Origin: Chiloscyllium plagiosum
Lineage: Eukaryota
Reading direction: 5' to 3'
Length of the DNA: 64,000 nucleotides
NCBI RefSeq assembly: GCF_004010195.1
Contig: NC_057719.1
Span: 81,462,840 to 81,526,839, forward strand
Part shown: piece after piece, positions 23,969 through 37,130 of the stretch
How the letters are laid out: each line of letters begins with the position of its first letter
How positions within the stretch are numbered: the first letter of the stretch is position 1
The notes under the pieces: model-generated
The model's database searches: none
What the model saw: only the letters and a program-made list of their open reading frames with translations
What the model was told of the DNA's origin: nothing
Translations under genes and position numbers: made by a program

Positions 23969-25696
23969 GTAAGTGTGATGATCATAGGATTCTATGTATA
24001 ATTCAGTTGGACATTGTTGGATCTTGTATGATTATTTGCATTGGATTGCTTCGATAAGGAGGAGAGATGGAATAAGCAAGGAGAAACTGTTTTCAGGGAA
24101 CAGAATTAGCAAATTTTTTTTGACTCAGCAAGTTGTTATGATATGAAATACACAGCCTGAAAGGCGAATTAAAGCAGATTCAATAATTGCTTGCAAAGGG
24201 GAATTGGATGTAGATGGATATTTTAATCAACCTGTTTCAGACATATTATTATGACATCTCTGGAGCAGATTCGACTTGCATTTGGGCTCTCTAACCCAGA
24301 GATAAAAGCACAGTCACTGCCACAAAATCCTGAACAAATCTGCAATGTTGAAAAGTTAACATCTACCCCACCATGCTATCACCCCCCCCCCCAGTTAAAT
24401 AGTAAAAATTAGGTTTGATCCATCAACCGCTATGTTATGGGCCCAAAACACTTCCACTGTGCCATTTTAGCTGCATTCCTAATTATTTTTAATTAACCTC
24501 TTTGAACATGTAGGGATAGAAGGGGATTGAGACACTACCACTACGCCACAGGAGCTGGTTGGATAGGTCATTCAAACTTTGAAAAAGCATGATGGGGCAA
24601 GAGTTTATTTTTGTTTGTGTAGTTCTAATCTCTGATTCAGTCTCAGTTCTGCAATCCAATGTGCTACAGATTGCTTCATCATTCACACTTCAAATGTTAT
24701 CTTTTCTGAAGGAACACCTGTGGGATTTTCAAGTTAGCAAAGTTCCAGAGCAGTAGCAAGAAAATCCAAAAGGAAAAGAAAGTAAGTCCTGTAGAATGAT
24801 CTATCATTTTCAAAACTAGCTAAAAGGTCTGTTTGGCAGCACTTGTACTCTCACATATGTACTATCAACAAATTGAAAAGTTGGATAATCAACATGGTAT
24901 TCTGAGCAGTTTGAGAACTTCAGGTGGAATCTCATAGGAATCTAAACAATGTGAGCTATGGTAAGATTTGTGGCAGAATCTGTTGAGAAGTTCAGTGAGG
25001 CCTATTTCAGTGTCAGAAGTATCTCGCTCCATTTATGATGCTTTTGCTGAGCAGTAAGGGAGTTTCTCACCAGGCAGCAGGAAGTTGTCAATTAAGAGGA
25101 ATTTAAGCTTGTGAAATGCATTGTTAGCAGCCCAACCAGCAATATTTAGCTTCGCATCTTATAAGTACCAAACATTTTGGACTTCCAGAAATCACCGTGG
25201 AAATCAGAAGCAGTTTCTGGAGACTTCACCTTGCCTCGGACTGCAATCAGCCTCGGTGCTCACTAGCATCAAACAGTATCTAAATATGGTTATGCCTCAC
25301 TTGGGTAGCATGTTTGAATCAAGTCCTGCTAGTCCCAGAATTATCATAAAAGTTAAAGAGTTTAAATAAGTATGTAACATTTTCCAATTTACCTGTCTTT
25401 TAGATCCAGGTTGACAGAAAGCACAAACCAGGCTGCTGTACTAAACAATAATGACTATTTATTACAATTAAATAACTTGTAACTACAGTTAAAGCATTGG
25501 CATATAACTTTGCTAGTTAAAGCTCTTACAAACTCTCCCTTACACACATATACTAATAGTTTAAAACACATAGGTGTGATGGGTAGAAGACCAAGAAGGC
25601 AGTTCAATGGTTCCTGTTCACAAGGTTTGCTAAGATGGTCTTTTTGTCTTGTCAGGACTGCTGTTTGATTCTCTTCATCTGATACTTATACTTGCT

Positions 25697-26195
25697 CAAA
25701 ATTTGTGAGAAGATTTGTAGCTCGGGTGCTCGTTGCTGTGGTTCTGTTCGCCGAGCTGGAAGTTTTTGTTGCAAATGTTTCGTCCCCTGTCTAGGAGACA
25801 TCCTCAGTGCTTGGGAGCCTCCTGTGCAGCGCTTCTGTGGTGTTTCCTCCAGCATTTATAGTGGCCTGTCCCTGCCGCTTCCGGTTGTCAGTTTCAGCTG
25901 TCCGCTGTAGTGGCCGGTATATTGGGTCCAGGTCTATGTGTTTGTTGATGGAGTTTGTGGATGAGTGGAGTTTGTCCATCAACAAACACATAGACCTGGA
26001 CCCAATATACCGGCCACTACAGCGGACAGCTGAAACTGACAACCGGAAGCGGCAGGGACAGGCCACTATAAATGCCGGAGGAAACACCACAGAAGCGCTT
26101 CACGGGAGGCTCCCAAGCACTGAGGATGTCACCTAGACAGGGGACGAAACGTTTGCAACAAAAACTTCCAGCTCGGCGAACAGAACCACAGCAAC
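25697..26195. mobile_element. Penelope-like element (family C) forming a 221-bp-arm inverted repeat
   Basis: Arms 25732-25952 and 25975-26195; ORF-end peptide SINKHIDLDPIYRPLQR; hammerhead core; 13-bp flanking duplication ACTTATACTTGCT. Confidence 0.8.
26120..26150 (+). ncRNA. Minimal hammerhead ribozyme core (Penelope type)
   Basis: CTGAGGA-TGTCACC-TAGACAG-GGGAC-GAAAC; mirrored copy on the minus strand near 25777-25807. Confidence 0.6.
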
Positions 26196-27339
26196 TTATA
26201 CTTGCTTGCAGAAAGTACAGTGTTCACACTTATAAAGTCTCTGGCTTACTGATTATGAGCCACCGCTTACAATGACTACTGTTGGAAAAACGCACTCGCT
26301 TTCTTTAGGCTTGCTGTATTTTTTACTACCGAGAAAAGTGCCAGCTCCTGCCCTTAAGGGGATTCAATAGCTTCTCCCAAACATTCATGTCACAAACTGG
26401 TCAGCTATCTGGGAGCCAACCATAAGTTTCTTGGCAGACAGAAGGCCTTTTCTCATGGATAACTCTTCACTAGTCCAGAGACCAATAAGCCACCTGGTCC
26501 CAGCCAAAGTTCAGTTTGTACGTAGTCCCCCCACCCCGAGCTCTAGGTTGTCTAAACTAGGCCTCCACTATAGCTTCAACAAGTAGCTGAGTAAACAGCA
26601 CTTCCAATGAGGTGTCAGGTTACTTGCTTTTATAAAATGCAGCAATCCTCAACAGTCCTTGAGCCACAGTCAAAAATACAGAAAAGTAGAAAGATGCCTC
26701 CATCCTTTTAAAAAAAAGAAATACCATTTTAAAATATATTAATCACAGATCATCTGATACACAAAGGCAAAACACAAGACTTACATTCATTAATTCTTCC
26801 AACCCTCTTCAAAACCTTGTGCAAACTTAAAATTTCTCAAAACTTTTGACATATTCCATAATTTTACACTTAGGACAATTCATCAGCAATTACATTACCT
26901 TTTACAGAAATTTGAACAATCTTTACATTAACACATGGAACAAAAGATTTTATCTATATAGTTCCATATTCTGAGTTTTAAACTTTTTGATGACTTATGA
27001 TCAGTGTAACTTACCATTTCCTTATTACCATTTCAGACATTCTGCTGATACTAGTTTATTTTCATACTTCACTGACTTCTTGATTCCAGAATCTTCATCC
27101 TGCAACCTATCCCCAAGCCACTCATATCAATAGTCATTTTCAAAGATTTGGTAAAATCAACCAACATTGATTCTTTTATTGGTGTTGCCTTTAACTTCTC
27201 AAAGGCTGCTTAGCATTCTGCTAACCATGCCAGTTTTGCTTGTTTCTTTAACAAATGTGTTAAAAGTACAGCTGTGGTGCTGAAATTACAAATTTCTAGT
27301 AAAATCAACACATGCCTAGAATCTCATGGTTTCTCTTTC

Positions 27340-27950
27340 AGGTATATAGGGTGGTGAAGAAGGTGTTTGGCATGCTTGCCTTCACTGATCAGAGTATTGC
27401 ATATAGGAGTTGGGACATTATCTTGCAGCTGTACAGGACATTGGTGAGGCCACTTTTGGAGTCCGGTGTACAGTTCTGGTCACCTGCTATAGGAAGGATA
27501 TTATTAAATTGGAAAGTGTGTAGGAAAGATTTACAAGAATGTTACCAGACTGGAGGATTTGAGTTATAAGGAGAAGCTGGATAGGCTGGGATTCTTTTCC
27601 CTAAAGTGTAGGATGGATGAACTTAGAGATTTATAAAATCATGAGGGGCATAGGTAAGGTAAGTATTTTTCCTAGCATAGGAGAGTTCATAACTAGAGGG
27701 CATAATTTTCAGGTGAGAAGGGAAAAGGGACCTGAAGGGCAACTTTTTCCACACAGATGGTGGTGCAGAATGGAATGAACTGCCAGAAGAAGTGGTATAT
27801 GCAGGAACAGTTACAACACATTTGGGCAGGTACATGAATAGGAAAGGTTTAGCGGGATATCGGCCAAATGCAGGCCAATGGGATGAGTTTAGTTTGAACT
27901 GAAGGATCTGTTTCCATGCTATATGACACTATGACTCTATGATTATGACT
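27340..27950 (+). mobile_element. CR1 LINE 3' fragment
   Basis: LQLYRTLVRPLLESGVQFWSP; (ATGACT)n-like tail. Confidence 0.85.
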
Positions 27951-29684
27951 TTAGTTTCAGGAACAGGGAATTGTATTAGAGCCTTCACTTTCATTGTTCT
28001 TGGCACCATTTAGATGTGCTGCTCCTTGATTCTCCAAATACTTAATAACTGCTTGCAGAAGTCGGCTGTTCCACATTTATAAAGTCTCTCGCCTACTGAT
28101 TAAAATCCACAGCTTACAGAAACTGCTAATGGAAAAATGAACTCCTTTTCTTCAGTTTTAAGGTGGTTTTTGGATCAATGAGGGGTTGCTGTTGATCTAG
28201 AGATTTGGTACTGTCAGTCACAGGCACAATCCATACATAGTTCAGGAGCTTGGCCTGGTCAGGCATCTGCTCAGCATTAGGAGATTTGTCCAGCTGCAGT
28301 CTGGGAAATGGTCAACGGCCAGGCCAGCACCAGCAGTCATGGGAATTGTGTATGATCAATCAAGAAGCTGCAAAGACAATAGTTGGGATCTGGCCAGTCA
28401 TGGCTAGGGGCTGTCCTTCAAAGTTGATCAAAGTCCGAGAGAGTTTGAGGGATCACTGTTCAGAAAGATTGGGCGAGTCATGGTTGGCAGAAAGACAGAA
28501 CCATTTGTGGAGATGGGATGTACTCAAGATGCATGGAGCGATATGTGGAAGAGTATCAGATGGTATTGTAGGCTACAGGAGGGATGTTATTGACAATGAC
28601 CAACACCATAACCCCACAATATAATGATACAGGGTGGGCATCTTTAAGAATGTGTAATGTCAGAGTTCAGGTGGCAAAGATGACAGTTGGAGGCAAAGTT
28701 TGATGTGATGGGTTCCCATGTTGGGAGAATAGGTGGGAATGGTCTGTACGGGTAGTGAAAAATAAAAGGCAACATGGAGACTCTTGAGGTGGGGTGAGGA
28801 GGTGTAATTGGCCAAACAGAGTCTGTCACTGATGACAAACTTGTGTTCTCTGCCAACATTTACCATTCTCTAAATGCTCAATGCAACCGAAAAGTGGCTG
28901 GGACAGTGCCCAGGGTGGGTGGTGTCAGTGTCAGTTTAATGGGCAAAAGTGCAGGATCCACATTTGTTGCATGTGGGTGCAATCTGCAGCCTCTGCTTGT
29001 TGCCTTTGTTTCCCTTTTGCTGATTGTCAATAAAAACATACATTTTGACATTTCTGACTGCTTGCCTGTATGTTTCTCCTGTCAAAAAGTGTGATGTTGG
29101 AACAGCAGAGCTGGTCAGGCAGCATCCAAGGAGCAGGAGAGTTGACATTTAGAACATAAGCTGTTTATCAGAAATGTGGCCTGGTACTTAAACAACGACT
29201 ACAGCAAAAGAATGAGATTGTTTGTATAACAGAGTGTCAGCATGCAACTATATGCAGCGGGCTGCATGGCTTTTAGGCTGCTGTGCCATTAACTTTGTCA
29301 GTGAAGGCATTGCCGGATTGTCATTGTGTATTTCAGTGCACAGCAGCCTCACAAATATGGTGTCGATGTCAGATTTGTTGGTCTTGTGGCGAGTTGTTCT
29401 GGGAATGGCATTTGATAAGATCGGGTTAGAATAAGATATGAGATACCATGGGGCAGGGTAGATCAAAAATGAGGTACATTTGGTAAGAAACATCATGAAA
29501 TCTTGCTAGGCATAATGACGAAAAACCTTCCAAAAAACTTGACACAACTGACACTTAGCTAAAACTAAAAACATATGATTTAACCCTTAGCCTTATTTGG
29601 TAGCAAAACAAATCTTAAATGACATTTAGATTACATAGCAGTATATAAGCACTTAGTGTTGTTACATACATCGATGTCATTGGT

Positions 29685-32600
29685 AAGGGGAGGTGATGGT
29701 GTAGTGATATTATTGTCTGGCTATTAATCCAGTGACATAGGTAATGTTCTGGTGGTCTGGGCTTGAATGATGCTGAATTTTGGATTTAAGAGTCAACAAT
29801 GACCATGAAAATATTGTCTACTGTCAGGAACATCCCATCTGGTTCACTTTAGGGAAGGAAATTGCTGTCCTTACTTGTCTGAACTGCATAGATTCTAGAT
29901 CCACAGCATTGTGGTTAACTCTTAACTCCCCTCTTAAATGGCTGAGCAAGACATTCAGTTGTACCAGTCATTAGAAGGTCTGAAGCACGAAATAAAACCA
30001 GGCAGATCAACTGGAACTGATAATGGTACAGTCCTGCCAACCTTGCAAAGTCATCCTTACTAACATCTGAGGGACTAGTACCAAAATCGGGCGATGTGTC
30101 TCACAGACTAGTCAAGAAATGATACAGAATCATACCTTATAGCCAATGTCCCAGACATAAGCATCACTGTTCCTTAATAAGTCCCATCCTTCCAGGAGAG
30201 ATTGTGGCACTGCACTTTTTGTCAGGAGGGAGTTGTTCTGCCAATCCTCAATATTGACTCTGGACACCATGAAGTCTCATGGAATCAAGTCACACATCGG
30301 CATGGAAACTTGCAGTTAATTTCCATGGATCACCTTACCTCAAGTGATGAATTAGTGTTCCTCCAAGTTGGACGACAATTGTAGAAAGCTTTGATGGTAG
30401 TAAAAGCGCAGAATGAACTCTAAGTGGGGATTTCAATGTCAATAACTAAGTGTGGCTCAGCAGCAGCACTGCTGACTGTGTTGGCAAATCCTACAGGATA
30501 TAGCTGCTACACTGGGTCTACAGTGGTGTTGAACCAAAGATAATAAAAAACTCAGCCTTATCCTAACCAATCTGCCTGCCACTAAATCATCTGTCCATGA
30601 TGGTATTGGTAAAAGTGACCATCATACATTTCTTGTGAAGAAGTCCTTCCTTCATTCTGAGAATACTCTCCATCACCGTCTTGTGTGCCTCTATCACCAT
30701 GCTAAATCATCTTGAACAAGACCTAGCAACTAAAGACTGGGCATCCATGAAGTGCTGTGGCCCATCAAGAGCAGAAAAATATTATTATTTTAACACAATC
30801 TACAACTTCATGGCCTGGCATATTTTCCACTCAACTCCATCAAACTCTGAGATCAACTCTGGTTCAGTGGAGAATGCAGACATGCATGCCAGGAACAGCA
30901 CCAAGCATATCTGTAAATGAGGTGTCAACCTGGTGAAACTACAAACAACTCAGTGGATGAGGCGACTCAACAAATCTCCTCATCCTCAGTGATGGAAGAG
31001 CTCAACATATTAGTGTGAAAGGTAACGGTGAAAGATTTGCAGCAATCTTCAGCCAGAAGTGTCAAGTGGATGATCCATCTCAGGCTCCTTCACGGGTTCC
31101 CAGCATTACAGATATCAGTCTTCCAACAATTCGATTCACTCCACATGACATCAAGAAACGGTTGGAGGCATTGTGTAGTGGCCCTGACAATATTTCAGCA
31201 ATAGTACTGAAGACTTGTAGTCCAGACCTTGCCAAGCTCTTTGAGTACAGTTACAATATTGGCACCGATGCGACAATGTAGTATATTTACCAGGTATGTC
31301 TTGTGCACAAAAAGCAGGACAAATCTAACCCGGCCAATTTCCATTCCATCCGTCTACTCTCAATTATCAGTAAAGTGATGGACATTGACATCAACAATGC
31401 TATCAAGCAACACCTGCCCAGCAATAACTGCTCAGTGAGGTCCAGTTTGGGTTCCACCAGGACCAGTCAGCTCCAGACCTCATTACAGCTTTAGTTCAAA
31501 CATGGTCAAAAGAGGTGAGGTGAAAGTGACAGCCCTTGACATCAAGACCACATTTGACTGAGTTGACATCAAGGAGCCCTACCAAAACTTAAATCAGTGG
31601 GTATCAGGGAGCAAACTCTCTGATGGTTGGAGTCATACCTGACACATAGGAAGGTGGTTCTGCTTTCTAGAGGTTGGTTATCTCAGCTCTAAGACATTTC
31701 TGCAGAACTTCCTCAGGGTAGTGTTCGAGGCCCATCCATCTTCAGCTGCTTCATCAATAACCTTTGTTCCATTATAAGGTCAGAGGGGGCGATGTTCACT
31801 AATGGTGGAACATTGTTCAGCACCATTTATGACCATCCTTAGATACTGAAACAGTCCATGTTCAAGTGGCAAGTAACATTCTCATCACACAATTGCCAGG
31901 AAATCACTGCCTCCAATAAAAGACAATCTAACGACTGCCCCTTGACATTCAAAGATGTTATCATCACTAAATCCATCACTATCAACACTCTTGGGGTTAC
32001 TACTGACCAGAAGCTCAACTGGACTCACCACAGAAATAGTGACTGCAAGAGCAGGTAGGAGGCTGGGAATAGTGCAGCTAGTAGTACACATGATTCCCCA
32101 AAGCCTGTCCACTATCCACAAGGCACAAGTCAGGAGTGTCTTGAAATACTCCCCACTTGCCTGGATGGATGCAGCTCCAACAACACTCAAGAAGCTTGAC
32201 ACCATTTAGGACAAAGCAGCCCGCTTGATTGGTACTGTATGCATAAGGTTAAAAACAATGACTGCTGATGCTGGAAACCAGATTCTGGATTAGAGTGGTG
32301 CTGAAAAGGCACAGCAATTCAGACAGCATCCAAGGAGCAGGAAAATTGACATTTCGGGCAAAAGCCCTTCATCAGGAATACAGGCAGGGTGCCTGAAGGG
32401 TGGAGAAGCATAAGCATCCAGTCTCTCCACCACCATTGTTCAGTAGCAGCAGTGTGTACAATCTACAAGATGCATTGCAGGAGTTCATCAAAAGTTCTTA
32501 GGCAGTATCTTCCAAATCCATGACCATATTCATCTAGAAGGACAAGGACAGCAAATACATGGAAACTCCACCAACTGCAATTTCTCCTCCAAGTCTGGCT

Positions 32601-32810
32601 GACCATCCTGCCTTGGAAATATATTGCTGTTCTTTCACTGTCGCTGGGTCAAAATCCTGGAATTACCTCCCTACAAGCATTGTGGGTCAACTTACAGCAT
32701 GTGGCCTGCAGTAGTTCAAGAAAGTAGCTCCCAACTATCTTCTCAAGGGCAACTAGGAATGGACAATAAATGCTGGCCAACCAGCAACACCCACGTCCCA
32801 TGAGTAAATA
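29685..32810 (+). mobile_element. Near-full-length decayed CR1/L2-group LINE (APE plus RT) of a second family
   Basis: GDFNV, GKSDH, GPDNISAIVLK, HKKQDKSNPANF..I.LLSIISKVM, ALDIK.TFD, PQGSV.GP and KAQVRSVLKYSPLAW motifs in broken frames. Confidence 0.8.
32248..32408 (+). mobile_element. Penelope-like family A fragment
   Basis: Family motif; hammerhead core CTGATGAAGGGC..GCCCGAAA on the minus strand (32352-32376); flanking GCATAAG duplication. Confidence 0.7.
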
Positions 32811-32814
32811 AAAG

Positions 32815-34100
32815 GGAGTGTGGCATCAAGGATCCCAACAAAATGAATCGGGGAAAGATTCTCTGCTTGTTGGTATCATACCTGGCAGAGAGGAAGATAT
32901 TTATGGTTATGGGACATCAGTCATCTCAGTTCCAGAACATTTGTGCCAAAATTTCTCAGAGTTGCGTCCTCGGCTCAGCCATCTTCAGCTGCTTCAGCAA
33001 CAGCTTTTCCTTCATCATAAGGTCAGTTCACGAATGATTCAGTAATATTCAGTACCATTCACGATTCCTCAGTTACTAAATCAGTCATGTCTGAATGCAG
33101 AAAAACATGAAAACATATGGTATTCAGCTGCTAAGCGGCAAGTAACATTTACCCCATACAAATGCTAGGCAATGACCATCTTCAAAAGAGACAATCTAAC
33201 CATTGTCCTTTGACATTCAATGGCATTACTATCACTGAGTCACATGTTATCAACATTAGGGGTTATATTGCCATAAACCAAACTGGACTAGCCTTCTAAA
33301 AACAGGAGCTATGACAGCAGGTCAGAGGATTGGAATTCTGCAGTGATTTATGAAATAACTCCACATAGGCCAGTATCCTGTCGCTAAGTCACCTATTTAT
33401 TTACACATGGAGGGTCCTTGACACTCATACAGCTCCCTCAGAGCTCACTCTCAGCATGAACAGGAGATCTAACACTCCTGTTTATATCTGTCAGCCGGGG
33501 CTCCTTGTTTGGACCAGGTTAACAGCCCCAGTCAGGGAATATATATTCTATGAGATTCACCTGACTGCCCAAATCCTGTCCTCCAGATACAAGACACAAG
33601 TCAGGAGTGTAATGGTATACTCTCTTCTTGCTTAGATGAGTGTAGCTCCAATAACACTGAAGCAGCTTGATATCTTCCAGGACAAAGCAAACTGATTGTT
33701 TGGCACCATATCCAAAAGCATTCATTCCCTCTATTATTGGAACTTGCAACAGTGCGTATTATCTACAAGATGCACAGAAATAAGTTCACAAAAGATCCTT
33801 TGATAGCACCTTCCAAATCCACAACCATGACCATCTAGAAGGGTAAGGGCAACAGAAACATAGAAATACCACACCCTTAAAGTTCCTCTCCAAGCCACTG
33901 TCCAACCTCACTTGGAAGTATATCTCCAGTCCTTCAGTGTCACTGCATCAAAATCCTGGAACTCCCTCCCTAACAGCATTGTGGATCTGCAAATGGACTG
34001 CAGCAGTTCAAGAATGCACTCACCATCACCTTCACAGAGGCAACTTGGGCTTGGCAATAAATGTGCACCAACCAGCGATGCTTTTATCCTATGAATGAAT
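32815..34100 (+). mobile_element. 5'-truncated copy of the same LINE family, interrupted by an LTR-like piece (about 33352-33570)
   Basis: Parallels 31560-32810 (TCTTCAGCTGCTTCA, CAAAATCCTGGAA, CAATAAATG). Confidence 0.75.
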
Positions 34101-34133
34101 ACAAAAGAAGGGAAGTCATTCACCATTGGAGAA

Positions 34134-35001
34134 CAGAGGAATCTGGATTATCCAAACGAGTTTGGCGGGCACTATTTTGTTCGGATAATTGATTATTCAG
34201 TTAATCGATTCAATGCCTCTCTCTCTGGGTCCCATGATTGGCTTTTCTAAAAACTGTAAATTTTTTTGTGTAGCTAAGGAAGATTAAAATCTGTAAACCC
34301 TGGGATATTACTGGTTTGGTGAAGCTGAAAAGCTGAAGTCTGCACCCCATTCAGGAGAGAGACTGTAGTACACCACGCGTGAATCTCGTCCCTGCCCCCA
34401 ACCTTCTCCCCGTCGACCCTCAACCCTGCCACCCAACCCCATCCAATACTGCCACGCGCCTGCCCCCAACCCCGTCCAACACCGCAACCCCCAACAACAC
34501 CCAGCGTCCCAAACCGCCTCCACCCCCACCCACTGTCCGAATCCGGCCACGTTAGCTCCCCTCCCCCTCTGGAGCAGCCAGAGTGTACACCAACAGTAAG
34601 AGTGCTGCTGCCTTTGTGGGGAAAGTCTCCAATAGCACACACAAACGTTTTACTGCAACTTCTTGACAAGTTCCACTTCTGCCCTGTACAATGTTAGAGA
34701 GAATATTTGGGGAAGGGGAATTTCGGGTTCACCCCTATGTAGAACTCCAGGGAAAGTGTGGGGAGAGGGAGAGTGGATAGGAGGTCAGTCCTTTGGAAAT
34801 GGTGCCTGGACTCCCATCAACGCCCAGGACTGTTCTCAACAGCATTTCAGTGAGCTGAGATCGTTTTAAATCATTGTGAACAAAAGACGCGATCAGGATT
34901 GAAACATCTCTTTGATGTAATGTTTCTATCAGGACCTCAAGATCTCTTTCAGATAATCCGATATTCAGATAATTGATATTTAGATAATCAAGGTTCCTCT
35001 G
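34134..35001. mobile_element. Tc1/mariner-type MITE, copy 2, inverted relative to copy 1
   Basis: TIRs CAGAGGAATCTGGATTATCC / GATAATCAAGGTTCCTCTG-TA; interior is the reverse complement of 15063-16082. Confidence 0.78.
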
Positions 35002-35907
35002 TATTCTTGATTTTTGAATAAAGATGTAAGTCACATTACAAATGGATGCAAAACCTAGCTATGAAAATCACTGGGATATCTGTCTAATTAAGACATTTTT
35101 AGATCACTAACAATGAATTACTTCCAGTTCATGTTTACAAGAATGTGGGGACAGGTCTACAGGTCTATAACCTACATGACCTGTAAATATCCACCCTCAG
35201 TCTTCCTGCTATGCACTGATTAACCCTGTCTGTAATGGGCTGTCTCAGTCTCTGTACCACTGAACTATAACCTATGTTACCCTCACTGACTAGTTTAAGT
35301 CTTTGTATAATTGTACAGAATAAACTACACTGTCTCCTGAAACAAAAGAGAATACCTTCAGCTGATGAAATTAGAATTTTAGTCAAGAAATGTATTATAG
35401 AACATTATAATGATTGATTTAAGTTTTTTTTCTCAAAGAGTTAGAAAAAATAGATTAACCATGCGTATTAACATCCGTAATAGTCTGTTGAATAAGTCAT
35501 GCTGTCGTTGCGATGGCTTGCCTCAGCTAAAATCTCAATTCCATTAACTATGAGTCTTTCCTAAGGATGCCAATTTCTGTCTCCTTCTGACATAGGTAAC
35601 CTGCTGGGGGTGAGGATAAGGTCTGACATTTGCTGAACCCTGGACACAAAGAATATCTTTGAAGTTATATTCACCTCGATAGTCGCTCCACAAATCAACA
35701 GTAGATTCCTGTGTGCATTGGGTTACAAGCAAAACAAACACTGTATCTGATTGTTCACTGGAAGCCTTAATTATGAAAGATATATGAACATTTTATATTG
35801 AGAAAATTAAAGAAAAAGAAATTAAAATCTCATACTTCACAAGTGCTAAATTTAAAATGCTTAATTTATTTAGTTTTCTGGTGCTCTTAATTATTTCCTT
35901 CCTGCAG

Positions 35908-35911
35908 GTAG
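35908..35911 (+). CDS. HIPK4: Putative HIPK4-like terminal exon coding bases (completes Lys codon, then TAG); 3' UTR would follow
   Basis: Acceptor ttatttccttcctgcag|G TAG fits phase 2. AATAAA at 36000-36005 and 36601-36606. Confidence 0.45.
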
Positions 35912-37004
35912 AACTTACAACATAACATAATCAAAATTAGCACAAAATATTGACAATTTCATATGGTATATTATTTTGTTTCAAAATTGATTACAAGCAA
36001 ATAAAAGCCTGGCAAACAAATATAATCCAAAGGGATATAATCACCAATAATGAGTTAACCAACAGTATCCTTCTGGGTCCCATGATTGGCTTTTCTAAAA
36101 AACTGTAATTGTTTTGTGTAGCTGAGGAAGATTTAAACATTGTAAACCCTGAGATATTATTGGCTTAGTGAAGCTGAGAAGCTGAAGTTGTGCCTCTAAG
36201 TAGGTGATGGGATGTTGTTTCCAGAATTCAAGAGAACAAAGCATCCCAGGAAAGATGGTTAAAGTACCAAAGTCTAAAAGGTTGTTGACACAGTCCATGA
36301 TGAATACCTTTTGAGGGAGTTTCAAGGGCAGATATCCAGAAAAGTGAAGAATTGGAACGCGTTTGATGACCCATAGTGTCGCGCATGTGTGTTTAGTGGG
36401 GGATGATTTATTGAATGAGCAATGGGTTCTGTGTTGATTCCATTTGTTATTTGATGTATTCTGTGCAGAGGTTTGTTCCAGTTTATCTATTACCCATATT
36501 TGGCTCATGTTAATTTTATGATAAGTTATGTCATATGTATCTATATAGTTTAAATTGTTTTTGTCTAAAATCTTCACCTGTTTGAGTGTATTTGATTTAT
36601 AATAAACTTGTTATTCTTTGTTAACTATAGAAAAATGGCAGAATTATTTCACATACTGAATTAAATATATTCTGATCGCTATATAACTGCAATATCTACC
36701 ACCTTTATTAAAATCAAACTTTGACAAGACTAGTGGAGCAGGAGTTCTAGGAAAGGATTCATTTCACCCCTTGAACCTCTGTTGGAAGATTGCCACTCAC
36801 TTTATTGCAATGTTTTATGATGGGAGGGTTGGTACTTTCATTTACCATGGTCTGGATTCATCTTTTTCCAACCTGTGATATTGCCTGGAAGACCAATGAA
36901 TATCCCCAGTGGAGATCTATTATGTTGCCTGCAGTAATTCTCTGAACAGGGTTGAAACATTGTCAAATAATGAAACAAAAGTGTTTAAGTTAAAATGTGA
37001 GCAA

Positions 37005-37130
37005 TCACCTGATGAAGGAGCGTCGCTCCGAAATCTAGTGTGCTTCCAATTAAACCTGTTGGACTATAACCTGGTGTTGTGTGATTTTTAACTTTGTACA
37101 CCCCAGTCCAACACCGGCATCTCCGAATCG
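37005..37130 (+). mobile_element. Penelope-like family B terminal fragment with hammerhead core
   Basis: CTGATGA-AGGAGC-GTC-GCTCC-GAAA at about 37009-37033; same family as 2724-2940 and 41640-41900. Confidence 0.7.

Larger units (their letters stand above)
25373..28160 (-). mobile_element. Decayed Gypsy retrotransposon (3' LTR, RT-connection/RNase H remnants, 5' LTR fragment), interrupted by Penelope and CR1
   Basis: Minus-strand NFSTTAVLLTHLLKKQAKLAW..C.AAFEKLK (about 27185-27290), TIDMSGLGIG and VKALIQFPVPETK. 28048-28152 resembles 26203-26305. Confidence 0.6.

Noticed and set aside
36095..36577. 160-aa minus-strand ORF
   Set aside because: No recognisable motif, non-ATG start, antisense to the putative 3' UTR.
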